A DNA stretch of 64,000 nucleotides. Source: Blastocladiella emersonii ATCC 22665. Taxonomy: Eukaryota; Fungi; Blastocladiomycota. The stretch is from assembly GCA_025594325.1 (NCBI GenBank), contig JANHCV010000004.1:1364001-1428000 (forward strand). The letters run 5' to 3'. Under the pieces are notes generated by a model that worked only from the letters and a program-made list of their open reading frames with translations, was not told the DNA's origin and did not search any database. Shown here piece by piece: positions 46,097 through 57,877 of this stretch (the first letter of the stretch is position 1; each line of letters begins with the position of its first letter). The translations under genes were made by a program, and so were the position numbers.

Positions 46097-48732
46097 ATGA
46101 ATCAGACCGCAAGCAGGCCTCCAGCGACAACAACCGCGACGGCCACGGTGACCGAATCCGCCGTCACCCCGCTCCCGCCGCCGCCACGGCGACCCCTCCT
46201 GCGCGCCGGCGACGACGACGACAGCGTGCCCTTACGCCCGTCCCCCTCGGCGACCGCGCCGCCGGACCTGCGCCGCCTGTTCGGTCTCGCGAACGAGTTC
46301 AAGGAGGGCGACGCGGCGATTGGCGTCGCCGCGGGGACCGACGCCGAGCGGACCGCCGCGCGGCTGCAGCTGTCGGTGCTCCGGCTCGGCGACATCCACG
46401 CGCAGCGGTTCACGCCTGACGCGGGGGATCCCGTAAGCCAGGCCATCGAGTCGGGCGTCGACGCGCGGGTCGCGGCGCGGATCACGGCGTGGACGCTCGA
46501 CGACCTGCGCGTGTTCCTGCTCGAGGACTCGGCGGCGCGGATCCGCGAGGTGATGCCCGGGCTCCGGTCCGAGGTGATTGCGGGGGTCGTGAAGCTGATG
46601 AGCAACGAGGAGCTGGTGCAGGTCGCGCGCAAGGTGCATAACCCGGCGGGGCCCGGCGCGACGTTGGGCGCCGAGGGGTACTTTGCGTCGCGCGTCCAGC
46701 CCAACAGCGCGACGGATGATCCTGAGGAGGTGCTCATGAGTATCCTCGAGGGGTTGAGTTACGGGTGCGGCGACGCGATCTTTGGTACGCTCACCTTCAC
46801 CGCGCACGATGCGTCCGCTGACGATTGGGAGAGTGTAGGCATCAACATCGTCGCGTCGGATCTCGAGAACGTGGCCATGCTCGAGGCCACGCTGCTCGAC
46901 GTGATCGAGACGTTCGGCCTGCACGGCGCGACGCGGCACTGCGTGCTGGCGCACATCGAGGAGCAGATGGCCGTGCACGCCGACGCGCACCGCGCGCACA
47001 TGCCCGAGGTCTCGCCCGCCTCGGCCACGCCCGCGAGCGCGACCGCCGCAGCCGTCGCAACCTCGACGCCCGGCCGCGACCTCGTGCGCGTCGCGTTCCA
47101 GTCGATTGGCGGGACGACCGACGTGAACCGCGTGTTCGGCGTCTCGGTCGAGTCCCTGCGCGCGCACGCAAGGCGGATCGCAGTGGGCCCGACCACGGGG
47201 CTGTACTACGAAACGGGCCAGGGGTCGGCGGCGACGAACGGCGCGGCCGCGGGGATCGATATGGTGACGTGCGAGGCGCGGGCGCACGGGCTCGCGCGCG
47301 CGCTGGCGAGGGAGACGGGCCACTGGTGTATCGTCAACACGGTCGCCGGGTTTATTGGGCCCGAGGTGTTCAAGACCCCCGAGCAGCTGCTCCGCGCGTG
47401 TCTCGAGGATCTGTGTATGGGCAAGCTGCACGGGTACGGCCGCGTCTCCCCTCACTCACTCACGCTCATGCCGGATCTAACATCGCTGTAACATGTAGCA
47501 TGACCTTCGGGCTCGACGTTTGCTCGACGCACCACATGGGCGCGACGCTCGACGACATGACGCGGATCCAGGAACACGTGCTGCGCGGCGGGCCCGCCTT
47601 CTACATGGCCGTGGCGGGCCGCAACGACCCGATGCTGTCGTACATCACCACGGGCTTCCGCGACCACCCGCGCCTGCGCGAGCGCCTGGGAGTGCGCGGC
47701 ACCGACGAGATGCGCCCGTTTTTTGTCGGAGAGCTCGGTGTCATGCGCGACGACGGAAGCATGACCGAGCGCGCCGGGGACACCGCGCACGTGTACCTGC
47801 GGTACCGCCGGCGCAAGGGCGACGCACGCGGCGACGAGGAGATCACGGCCGAGGCGCGCGCGATCCTCGCCAAGCTCCAGGCCCGCGGCATGGACCTCGG
47901 GTACGGCCACGACGGCCAGTTTGGCGCGCCGCCCGCCGTCCGCGCACGGCTCCAGGCCATTTACGACGACGCCAAGCGCGCGGTGCGCACCGAGCTCGAC
48001 GCGTCGCGGGTGCTGAGCCAGATGGAGGGGGCGGGCGAGCCCGTGGTGCTCGAGACGGCGGCCGCCGACCGCGACGCGTACCTCGGGCACCCGACGCGCG
48101 GCGAGGTCCTGGCGCCCGAGTCGCTCGCCTTGCTCCGCGCGTGGGGCCGCAGCGTGCCCGCTCTGCTCCCCGAAACTCCGCCGCAGGACGAGGCCGTGAT
48201 CATCATCGGTGACGGCCTCAACGCCGACGCCGTGCACGCGGGCGCCGCCGAGCTCGCCGCCCACCTGCGGGCGCAGTGCTCCCGACGCGGGATCCGCGTG
48301 CATGACCCGCCGCTCCTCGTGCGCAACGCCCGCGTGCGCGTCGGGTACCAGATCGGCCACGAGCTGTTCTCACCGCGCACCGCAGCCGCCGGGCCCGCGC
48401 CGCGCGCCGCCACCGTGTTCCTGATCGTCGGGGAGCGGCCGGGCAACGGGAACAATACCATGAGCGTGTACCAAGTCACGGCGGCGCCCGACCGGTGGGC
48501 CGCGGGCGTCGACCATTGCCACGCGCGCGTCGTGTCGGGGATCTCGGCGACGGCGCTGAGTCCTGAAGAGGCGGCGGGTGCGAGTCTCGAGTTTGTGGAC
48601 CAGGCGGTCGCGGGGATGGGTGGCGCGGTGTTTGTGGAGAAGCGGCGGACGGGGAGCGTGCCGTCGGAGCAGGGTCCGGTCAAGCAGCAGCAGCAGCAGC
48701 TGGAGCGTCGGTCGGGCGGAGTTGGGATGTGA
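46097..48732 (+). CDS. eutBC: Ethanolamine ammonia-lyase EutB-EutC fusion (adenosylcobalamin-dependent)
   Basis: EutB motifs ANEFKEGD, SRVQPN, EGLSYGCGDAIF|GIN, HCVLAH, FQSIGG, YYETGQG, VNTVAGFIGPE, LEDLCMGKLHG|MTFGLDVC, DPMLSY. EutC motifs DRDAYLGHPTRG, IIGDGLNA, NARVRVG, IVGERPG, VSGI. Introns 46785-46838 and 47434-47498. Confidence 0.93.
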
Positions 48733-48991
48733 TTTGGTCGGTGATAGATTGAAGGTGAAATGAGGAACGCGTCGAGGTGCCAAACACGTCGGCGGCGCAG
48801 TGCAAGTCACCCGAGCAGCGCGAGGGATCGGCGCTCGCGTGTTCGCCCGTCGAGCGAGCGCCTCCCCACCAGCGGCGCCGCCCGCCGCTCGCTCGCGTCG
48901 CTCTTCTCCCTCGCCTCCGCCCTCACGTCTGCCAAGATCGACGGCACTGCCACCACCCACTTCCTGCACCGAAGACCAACAACAACCCACC

Positions 48992-50483
48992 ATGACCAGA
49001 CCGCCGCCGGTTGTGATCGACAACGGGACCGGGTAGGGCTCGCCTTGTCTTTGAGTGTGACGCCACGATTGTGGAGGGATGGGAGCACGCGCAGCGCAAT
49101 GAATCCATGTATCAACAACACGAGAACGACGCGTTGTTGTTGCTGTCGTCGTGCCGCGCGCGTGTGCTCGAACCCTCCCGACCGAGTGGCGCGCCACGCC
49201 AAGCACTTCGACCCCAAGCGGCTGATCGTCGCGTCGCACACACCGCGTGTAGGTACACCAAGATGGGGTACGCCGGAAACTCGGACCCGCAGTACATTCT
49301 GCCGACGACGATTGCGACGGCGGCGACGGCGGGCACGACGGGGTCAAAGTACGGCGCGGGCGGCAACCTGGCGTCCAAGCGCGGCATCGAGGACCTCGAC
49401 TTCTTCATTGGCGACGAGGCCCTGGGCAACGCCAAGACCTACAACCTGCAGTACCCGATCCGCCACGGCCAGATCGAGAACTGGGACCTCATGGAGCGGT
49501 ACTGGGAGCAGTCCATCTTCAAGTACCTGCGGTGCGAGCCCGAGGACCACCACTTCCTCCTGACCGAGCCGCCGCTCAACGCGCCCGAGAACCGCGAGTA
49601 CACGGCCGAGATCTTCTTCGAGTCCTTCAACGTGCCCGGCATGTACATTGCCGTGCAGGCGGTGCTCGCCCTCGCGGCGTCGTGGCGTTACAACAAGGAG
49701 AACTCGGGGTCGCTCACGGGCACCGTCATCGACTCGGGCGACGGCGTCACCCACGTCATCCCCGTCGCCGAGGGCTACGTGATCGGGTCGTCCATCAAGC
49801 ACATCCCGATCGCCGGCCGCGACATTACCTATTTCGTGCAGCAGCTCCTCCGCGAGCGCGGCGAGCCGATCCCGCCCGAGGACTCGCTCGAGGTCGCCAA
49901 GCGCATCAAGGAAATGTACTCGTACGTGTGCCCCGACGTGGCCAAGGAGTTCCGCAAGTACGAGGCCGACCCGCTCAAGTTCATCAAGCAGCACCAGTTC
50001 CAGCACTCGGTCAACCGCTCGACGTACACGGTCGACGTCGGCTACGAGCGGTTCCTCGGGCCCGAGGTCTTCTTCAACCCGGAGATCGCCTCGCCCGACT
50101 ACTTTACGCCGCTCCCCGACGTCCTCGACACGTGCATCCAGTCGTGCCCGATCGACACGCGCCGCGGCCTGTACAAGAACATTGTCCTGTCGGGCGGGTC
50201 CACCATGTACAAGGATATGGGCAAGCGGCTGCAGCGCGACCTCAAGAAGCTCGTCGACTCGCGCGTCGCCCTCGCCGAGCAGGTGTCCGGCGGGCACATC
50301 AAGGCCCGCGAGGTTGACGTGAACGTCGTCTCCCACAAGAAGCAGCGGTACGCCGTCTGGTTCGGCGGGTCCCTCCTCGCCGATACCGCCGAGTTCTACC
50401 AGGTCTGCCACACCAAGAAGGACTACGAGGAGTACGGGCCCAGTATCGCGCGCCACAACCGCGTCTTTGGCACCATCTCGTAG
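48992..50483 (+). CDS. ARP3: Actin-related protein 3 (Arp2/3 complex)
   Basis: VVIDNGTG|[61 protein letters not shown]. 220-nt intron 49033-49252. Confidence 0.96.
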
Positions 50484-51426
50484 GTGCGGTGGTCTGTGTG
50501 GTGGGCTCGACCCGGTTTTGTTGCAGTTGTGTCATCTCATCGACGTGTCTCTATATCTTTCCTCCTTTCGTTCAGACGCGTTCGTTGGTCCTTTGTGCAA
50601 GGCAGGGACTCTGCTCGAGGTCGGTGGTCGGTGGTCGGCGTGGTCGCTCAGCCAAGTGGGGCGCCGCCACGCAACGTGACCCATTCGAGGTCACTGCGCC
50701 ACACCTCGACCAACCGCCTGCGAGATTGCCCGCGTGTCGACCAAAGCTGAAGCTCCTCTTTCAGTCTCGAACGGTTGAACCAACAGGTGCGGGCGCCAAT
50801 GTAACTGCGCCCTGCAACCACCAGTCCACCACCGTCGCCACGAACCGCCACCACGAAGCACCATGTATCTGCGCACCGCCGCGCCGCCACCGCTGCCACC
50901 GCCGTGACGGCCCTCGATGACGATGCCGCACGCCGCCGCGACGACGACGACGTTGCGGACCACCCGAGACGACGCTGGCAGGCCGAAACTACGCTCGCCT
51001 GGGTGGAGTTTTGGCCGCTCGAGCTGGTTGCCTCGCGGAGCCATCCGCTCGCTCCACCGTCACGCTGCGGAAACGAACGCTGCTCGTCCGTCGCGAAACT
51101 CTGCCCGACCGCTTCGTCGTTCTACCGACTCGCTGGAGCGCTACTCGGCGGAATCGTTCGGGAGGCGTGGGACACGTCTCCTGTTTGATCTCGGCACCCG
51201 CATCCACGCGGAATCTACGTCGCTCGAGGCCGTCGTCGTCAGCACGGGGGAAACTATCGTCCTGTGCCTTTTCCGTGGTGGCGGTGCTGTGGTGGCGTGC
51301 TGCTCGGTGCTCGGCACTCGCGCGGTCCACTCGCGCGGTCGGACTGGTGGTCTGGGCGCTCCTGACCAACACTGGGCCAAAATCGCTGACTCGCTGCCCT
51401 CCTCTCGCGTCCCCGCTGCAGACACC

Positions 51427-51959
51427 ATGGCTGATATCCAGACCGAGAAGGCTTTCCAGAAGCAGCACATCTTCCTGAACGCCAAGCAGGTTGGCGCCAA
51501 GAAGCGTGCCCAGCGCTGGTACAAGGAGGTCGGTCTCGGCTTCAAGACCCCCAAGGAGGCCATTGAGGTGCGTTTTGCGTCCGTCTGCGTTGTCACGGTG
51601 ACCGAGAGCTAACGGGCCGTCTCGCGCACATCCTGCAGGGCAACTACATCGACAAGAAGTGCCCCTTCACCGGCAACGTCTCGATCCGTGGCCGCATCCT
51701 CACCGGCACCATCGTCTCGACCAAGATGAAGCGCACCATCATCATCCGTCGTGAGTACCTCCACTACGTGAAGAAGTACAACCGTTACGAGAAGCGCCAC
51801 CGCAACCTCGCCGCCCACATGTCGCCCTGCTTCATCGGCGTCGAGAACGGCGACGTTGCCACCGTCGGCCAGTGCCGCCCCCTCTCGAAGACCGTCCGCT
51901 TCAACGTGCTCAAGATCCAGAAGGCTATCTCGGGCTCGAAGCAGTTCAAGAAGTTCTAA
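51427..51959 (+). CDS. RPS11: 40S ribosomal protein uS17/S11
   Basis: [21 protein letters not shown]|[20 protein letters not shown]. Intron 51568-51638. Confidence 0.97.
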
Positions 51960-52328
51960 GGTGGCCGGCTGTGCTGGTGGTGGTCGAGTCCCGGCGCTCC
52001 TCTCCGGAGCCTGTTCCTCCCTCCTTCCTCCCTGCCCCCCTCGTCTTCGCGGATAATTCGATCTTGTCGTTATGCATGCTTTTTTGGAAACCATCCTCGC
52101 TCGCGTCTCCGTCTCCGTCTCCGTCTCCGAGAAGGCCGTGGTCGTGCACGACTGTTGCGAGGCCGGCCATCACCATCGCGAGTGAGCGGCGGTCGCCTTC
52201 GACGACGGCCACCGCGAAGAAGCCCAGTCTGCGTAAGGCCCTCGTCGCCGCCCGCAAGACAAGGTGTACTAGGCTAACTACTGCAGTATATTCAACTCGA
52301 CGACCACGACGCGCGCCGCCGCCGATCT

Positions 52329-53476
52329 CTACTCGCTCTTCTTCTCCTCGCTTGGTGGCTGCTGCTTCTTCTTCATCTCCTCGTCCTGGTGCAGATACCG
52401 GACAGCGTCCTTGGAGTAGACGTAGCTGAGCCCGCTCCACACGGTGGTGGTGGCGACGGCAGCCTGGAGGGGCAGCTCGGCGACGGCCCACGCGGCGGCG
52501 ACGGCGGGAACCGCGCCTGCCAGGGCCGGGGCGCTGAGCGCCGCGCCGACGTACAGGAGCTGCAGCGCCGTGTTGGCCTTGGAGATGAGCGTCGGGCGGA
52601 CCTCGGCGGACGGGAGGGAGAAGTCCCAGAAGCGGGAGATGGTTTTCTACGAGGAGGGATCGGGGGTTAAAGGTGGTGGTGGGGGAGGAAGGCGGGGTTG
52701 AGTGGGCGTACTGGCGGCGGGAGGGACTTGTAGCGGATGAAGAACGACGCGACGACGAGGCCCGCGTCGCGGCCGATGATCAGGGCGGCGAGCGGGACTA
52801 CACAGATTACGAGTCGCGTTAGAATCGGCCCAGCAACAACGCGCCCTCCCCCAAAACACGTACGAGGAATCAGCCCCGCCCAGCCAAGACTCACCGTGAG
52901 CGTGGTCATGAGCGCCTTATCCGCCATGGGGTCGAGGATCGTCCCGAGCACGCTGCGCATGTTCAAGTTGCGGGCAATGAACCCGTCGAGCATGTCGGTG
53001 ACGGCCGACACGGCAAACAGGCCGAGCGCCCAGTCGTACTTGCCCTGCACGATCAGGTACCCGAGCGCGGGCGTGCTCAGCAGCCGCGCAAACGACATGG
53101 CGTTCGGGATCGTGTAGATGTTCTCGTGCACGATATCGAGCTTGCCGAGCGAGCTGGCGCTGGCGCTGACGCTGCCGCGACGGGACGGGGTCGCCGAGGT
53201 GGGATCGGCGGGCGGCGAGGCGAGCGGCGTCGCGGCGCCGGCCTTGGCGGCAGCCGGATCAGCGGGAGCCTGCGTGTTCTGCTGCTGCTGCGAGGTCGGA
53301 GACGACGTCGACATGGCGCGCATGGCCGGGGCAAACGCAGCGATCGGCGCGAAGGTGGCAGCGGCCGCGGGGTGGCGCAGCGGGTGCGCCTGCTTCAAGG
53401 CGGCCGAGACCCGGCACTGGGCCAGGGGACCGCGGAGCGCGGCCAGCGGGCGGCGGCAGCGGGCGAGGGCGAACAT
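52329..53476 (-). CDS. CRD1: Cardiolipin synthase (CDP-alcohol phosphatidyltransferase)
   Basis: Mitochondrial presequence, NIYTIPNAMSFARL, DMLDGFIAR...GTILDPMADK, PTLISKANTALQL. Two introns. Confidence 0.92.
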
Positions 53477-53697
53477 GGCGGCGCTGGTGCGTGTGCGGGC
53501 AGTTACATGCAAGTGCGAGGTTGCGTGCGGTTGTTGATGATCCGGAGAGGGAGGCCGGGTCGGAAGGACCGGAGCGGCGCAGCAGCCGAGCGCGCGGCAA
53601 ACTCCACTCTCGCTTCGCCACGCTCGACGTCACCCCAGCAGTACAGGCACACGTGATCTAGGACTAAATTGTATACACTATAGCGGATGGCGATCGC

Positions 53698-53976
53698 TCA
53701 CGAAGAGCGGGCCGGGCTGATGGACACGTCCTGGCCGCGGAACAGCTTGTGCAGCTCCTTCTCGCCGAGCGTGTTGAGGGCGGCGAGGACCTGGAAGTCG
53801 TGGTGGGCCATGGCGTGCAGCCTTGGCAGGTCGGCGGCGGGCGCGCCGCGGTACAGCTCGAAGGCGTGGCGCACGTTGTAGCGCAGCTTGGGCCGCAGGT
53901 TCGGCACGGGGAACTTGGAGATGGTGCGCAGCGCCTCGCGGTACAGCGCGAGCGACGCGGGCGTGGTGGCGGGCAT
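53698..53976 (-). CDS. LYR-motif (Complex1_LYR) small mitochondrial protein
   Basis: SLALYREALRTISKF...LRYNVRHAF; 92 aa. Confidence 0.75.
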   Translation of the reverse strand: MPATTPASLALYREALRTISKFPVPNLRPKLRYNVRHAFELYRGAPAADLPRLHAMAHHDFQVLAALNTLGEKELHKLFRGQDVSISPARSS

Positions 53977-54295
53977 GGTTGGGGGAGGGGTTGCACCCAG
54001 TCGGTTGGAGGACGGGTTGATGGGGTGGTCGGTGGTTGTGGAGATCGCGGCGAGGAGGGGAGGGGGAGAAGAGGAGAGGAGCTGCAGGCGGCGCGTGGGC
54101 CGGCGTGATGCGGCGGCACCTTCCTCTCCGGGCGCTCCGCGACGTCGCACGTCCGGGTTTCCCAGGCAGCGCGCTCGGTGCGTGCGCCATCGCTTCTCCC
54201 TTTTGCGGGACTGCACTCTAACCACACTGCGTTGAAGGGAGCTCCCACGCACACGAAGCAACCGACCCACCACAACACCCATCACCACCGTCACC

Positions 54296-55165
54296 ATGGC
54301 CGAATCGCGCCAGGAGCTGCTGCACTGGATCAACAACCTGACGGGGCTCGGGCTGGTCAAGATCGAGGAGCTCGGCAAGGGCTACGCGCTGTGCCAGATC
54401 TTCGACTCGGTGTTCCTCGACGTGCCGCTGCGCAAGGTCAAGTTCAACGCCAAGCACGAGTTCGAGTACATCCAGAACTTCAAGGTGCTGCAGTCCGTCT
54501 TCGACAAGCACAAGATCCCAAACCACATCCCCGTCGAGCGCCTCGTCAAGCTCAAGTTCCAGGACAACATTGAGTTCTGCCAGGTGCGTTGCTCCGCGTG
54601 GTCGTGGGGCAAGTAGCGCGGCACCACTGACAACGCGTCGCTTCCCCCAAACCAGTTTGTGAAAAAGTTCTGGGACTCGCACTTCCCCGGCCACTTCTAC
54701 GACGCGGCCGCGCGCCGCGCCGGCGCCGGTGCGCCCGCGGTGGTGGCGTCGGCGGGTCCCGCCAAGGTCAGCGCGCGGGCGACGGCGGGCGGCGCCGCCA
54801 GCATGGGGGCGCGCGTCAAGGCGTCGTCGAGCCCGTCGCTCGCGGGCGGGCTCGCGTCGGCGGGCAGCGCCAGCAACGTGTCGGCGGCGGCGCTGCAGCA
54901 CGCGCAGGTGCAGGTGGCCGAGCTGCAGGGCCAGCTCGACGAGGCGCACGGCGCGCTCGAGTCCATGGCCAAGGAGCGCGACTTCTACTTTGGCAAGCTG
55001 CGCGCCGTCGAGGTGATGATGCAGGCGCTGCAGCAGCAGGGCGAGGCCGCCGTCGAGATCCAGGCCGTCCTCGACACGCTGTACGCGCCCGACGCCCCCG
55101 AGCCCTTCGACGCGGCCGCCAGCGCCGAGCCCATGCCCGACGACGGCATGATCGAGTCGTTCTAA
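54296..55165 (+). CDS. BIM1: Microtubule plus-end binding protein EB1/Bim1
   Basis: CH domain ESRQELLHWIN...QNFKVLQ...KFQDNIEFCQ|FVKKFWD; EBH ERDFYFGKLRAVE. Intron 54584-54655. Confidence 0.95.
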
Positions 55166-55603
55166 GCTTCCAGTGTCGTTCTCGTGTCCCTGTCATTCTT
55201 GTATTGTAAGCTGCATGCGACACCGCCGCCCTCGTCCTCCAACATGTTTTTGATTGATCCCCCCTCCTGTCCCTCTCGCGACGCGTCGCGCGCACACCTC
55301 CGCCCATCCGATCGCGCGACTGCGCCCACGAACGACGGTGGTTCGCTAAGGCTATATCCAGCCACGGGCGCGGCGTCGCCCAGCCGCGAGGCGAGAAGCG
55401 AGCCAAGAGAGAAGCCACCGACAGGCCGGGTCCGGGCCGCCGCCCTGGTCGCCGGCGCAGCAGCGCCTTCCGCTCCCCCAACACGGAAACAGGCAGGATT
55501 CATCTTGATTCACCACCACCACGAGTGCCCGAAACTTGATTGCACAGAACCAGCACACGCACGCCGCCGGCCGGCTCCCCTCTTCCTCCCTCGACTTCGC
55601 ACC

Positions 55604-57661
55604 ATGTCCTACTCCCAAGGCTACGGCGGCGGCGGCGCCAGCAACAACAACGCGCCGCGCCGCCCGCCGCGCCCGACCACCGACAGCGTGTCGGCGGCCG
55701 ACCTCGCTGGGTCCCACGGCGCGCCGCTGTACCAGTCGTCGACGTCGGTGCGCTCGGGTGGCGCCTCGACGACGCAGCAGCAGCGGCAACCGTCGCAGTT
55801 CTTCGAGATGCCCGACTCGACCGAATTCGACTACTCGTCGTCGTACGCCCCGCCGCCGCAGCGCCTGCAGGACCAGGTGTCCCGCATGGCGGCGTCTGCG
55901 GGAACGGGCACGGCGCCGTCGCTCGGGTCGGCGTCGTACCAGAACAACAACAACCAGTACCTCTCGGCCAGCGCCGCGTCCGTCGGGGCCGGCGCCAGCG
56001 CCTACGCCGCCGCGCCGTACCGCCTCGACACGAACCCGGCGCGGCAGAACTCGACTGGCGACGACCGGTACTACACCAATGGATCAGCAGCTGCTGCACA
56101 GGGGCCTGCAGCGTTCAGCGGCCCGCCCGGCGGCAGCAACGGCGCGGCCGGGTGCGCGGCAGTCCCGCGGTACGGCAGCCCGGCGTCGGCCCACGCGGTC
56201 CCGCTGCCGCAGACGTACTCGGCGTCGCCCTCGCACTCGTACGAGGCCCCCGGGCTCGGTGCTGCCGCCGGGACCGCGTACTCGACGGGCGTGAATGCGG
56301 GCTACGGTCAACAGCCGCCGCGCCGCCCGATGCGCAACGGGTCGTCCAACGACGACCTGTACTACGGCCAGCAGCTGCCCGCGGCCGCCGCCGCCGACCC
56401 GTACTACGCCGCACCACCGCAGCCACAGCAGCAGTATTATCAACAGCAACAGCAGCAGCAGCTGTACGGCGCGCCGCTGGGCGCGAGCGGGCCGGGGTAC
56501 GGCGCGCCGCCACCACAACACCACCAGCAGCAGCAGCCCATGGGCTACGGCAGCGTCGCGCCCGTGCCCGCGGCGCCGATGCGTAACAACAGCACCACGA
56601 CGTACAAGATCGTGCCCGAGGCGTCGGTCGCCGCGACGGACCCGGGCGAGATTGGGTACACGGCGTCGAACGCGCCGTTCGCGCACATGGGCGCGTCGAC
56701 GGCGGCGGGCACGACCACGGCGAGCAGTGCGGCGCCCTCGGGCCCCGGGCAGCCCGGGTACCGCCCCGCGGGGCCCAACCGGCTCGGCGGGACCATGGGC
56801 GCCGGGTCGTCGGCGTACCTGGCCGGCGCGTTCAAGGAGGACAAGCGCAAGCGCAAGGTGTGCAACACGCTGTGCTGCGCGTCGCGCGGGCTCGGCGGGT
56901 GCTGCTGCTGCTTCTGCATCGTGGTCATCGTGCTGCTCGCGGCCGCGGCCATCTTCCTGTTCCTCGTCGTCAAGGCGCCGTCCGTGTCGTTTGGCGGCGC
57001 GCAGGCGCCCACGGACCGGTCCGTCATGAGCCTGCAGGGGACGACGGTCATCATCAACTGGGACTTTTTGTTCAAGGTCGAGAACCCCAACTTCTTCGGG
57101 ACCTCGGTGTCGTCGCTCGACATGCGCGGGTTCCCGTCCAAGGCCAAGTCGGGCGCCGCCGACCAGATTGCCAACGGGACCAAGGCCAACACGTACATTG
57201 ACTCCAAGGCCACGACCCAGGTCCTGTACCCGGTCTCCTTCTCGTGGGACGTCAAGTCGCAGTCGCAGACCGAGTTCTTCACGTCGCTCCTCGGCGCGTG
57301 CGGCGCCACCAAGGTCGCCCCCGCCACGGGCAACCAGGTCTCGGTCTACTTCAAGCTCGACATTGGCCTCGCCGTCCTCAAACCCATCGGCTACACGTAC
57401 CCGTACGACAACACGGCTACCTTCCCGTGCCCCGTCAACCTCGGCGCTATCCCGATCATGTCAAACATCCTCAGCCTCGCGGGCATCGCCAACGGCGGTG
57501 GCGGTGGAGCCGCGACGGCCGGGGCCGCCAGGTTGGTCGACACCAACACCACGTCGCCCGCACCGCGGCCCGCTATCGTCGTCCCCGTCGACACGGCCGG
57601 GACCGCGTGGACGGTCACGGACGCGGACGCGGCCAAGGCCACCGCGACCCCCTCGCCGTAG
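55604..57661 (+). CDS. Type II membrane protein with a Q/Y/G/P-rich N-terminus and an LEA_2/WHy-like domain
   Basis: Disordered N-terminus, Cys cluster plus TM (GGCCCCFCIVVIVLLAAAAIFLFL), then VKAPSV...FKVENPNFFG typical of LEA_2. Confidence 0.65.
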   Translation: MSYSQGYGGGGASNNNAPRRPPRPTTDSVSAADLAGSHGAPLYQSSTSVRSGGASTTQQQRQPSQFFEMPDSTEFDYSSSYAPPPQRLQDQVSRMAASAGTGTAPSLGSASYQNNNNQYLSASAASVGAGASAYAAAPYRLDTNPARQNSTGDDRYYTNGSAAAAQGPAAFSGPPGGSNGAAGCAAVPRYGSPASAHAVPLPQTYSASPSHSYEAPGLGAAAGTAYSTGVNAGYGQQPPRRPMRNGSSNDDLYYGQQLPAAAAADPYYAAPPQPQQQYYQQQQQQQLYGAPLGASGPGYGAPPPQHHQQQQPMGYGSVAPVPAAPMRNNSTTTYKIVPEASVAATDPGEIGYTASNAPFAHMGASTAAGTTTASSAAPSGPGQPGYRPAGPNRLGGTMGAGSSAYLAGAFKEDKRKRKVCNTLCCASRGLGGCCCCFCIVVIVLLAAAAIFLFLVVKAPSVSFGGAQAPTDRSVMSLQGTTVIINWDFLFKVENPNFFGTSVSSLDMRGFPSKAKSGAADQIANGTKANTYIDSKATTQVLYPVSFSWDVKSQSQTEFFTSLLGACGATKVAPATGNQVSVYFKLDIGLAVLKPIGYTYPYDNTATFPCPVNLGAIPIMSNILSLAGIANGGGGGAATAGAARLVDTNTTSPAPRPAIVVPVDTAGTAWTVTDADAAKATATPSP

Positions 57662-57877
57662 ACACACCGTCCCTCATCCCTCACTCTGTATCTTGTACCA
57701 TTGCACATCACCACCGCCTCCGCTTCCTCCACCGTCTAAGAATCCCGTGTATAGACCCGCCCGCTGGATATATCACCTACGCCCTGTCTCGCTCCCCCTG
57801 AGCGCTCCACGTGTGCGGCGCGTCGGCCTGCCGCTCTGCCTGCCGCTGGTCGCCGGCGACGTCGTCCCGCCGTATGC

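Noticed and set aside
46097-48732. Bacterial contamination as the source of eutBC
   Set aside because: It contains canonical spliceosomal introns (one breaks the frame), has host-like codon usage, and sits between eukaryotic genes.
50700-51420. snoRNA or small ORF upstream of RPS11
   Set aside because: No convincing C/D or H/ACA box pair. Only a possible 5'-UTR intron acceptor (CTGAC..CAG) is visible.
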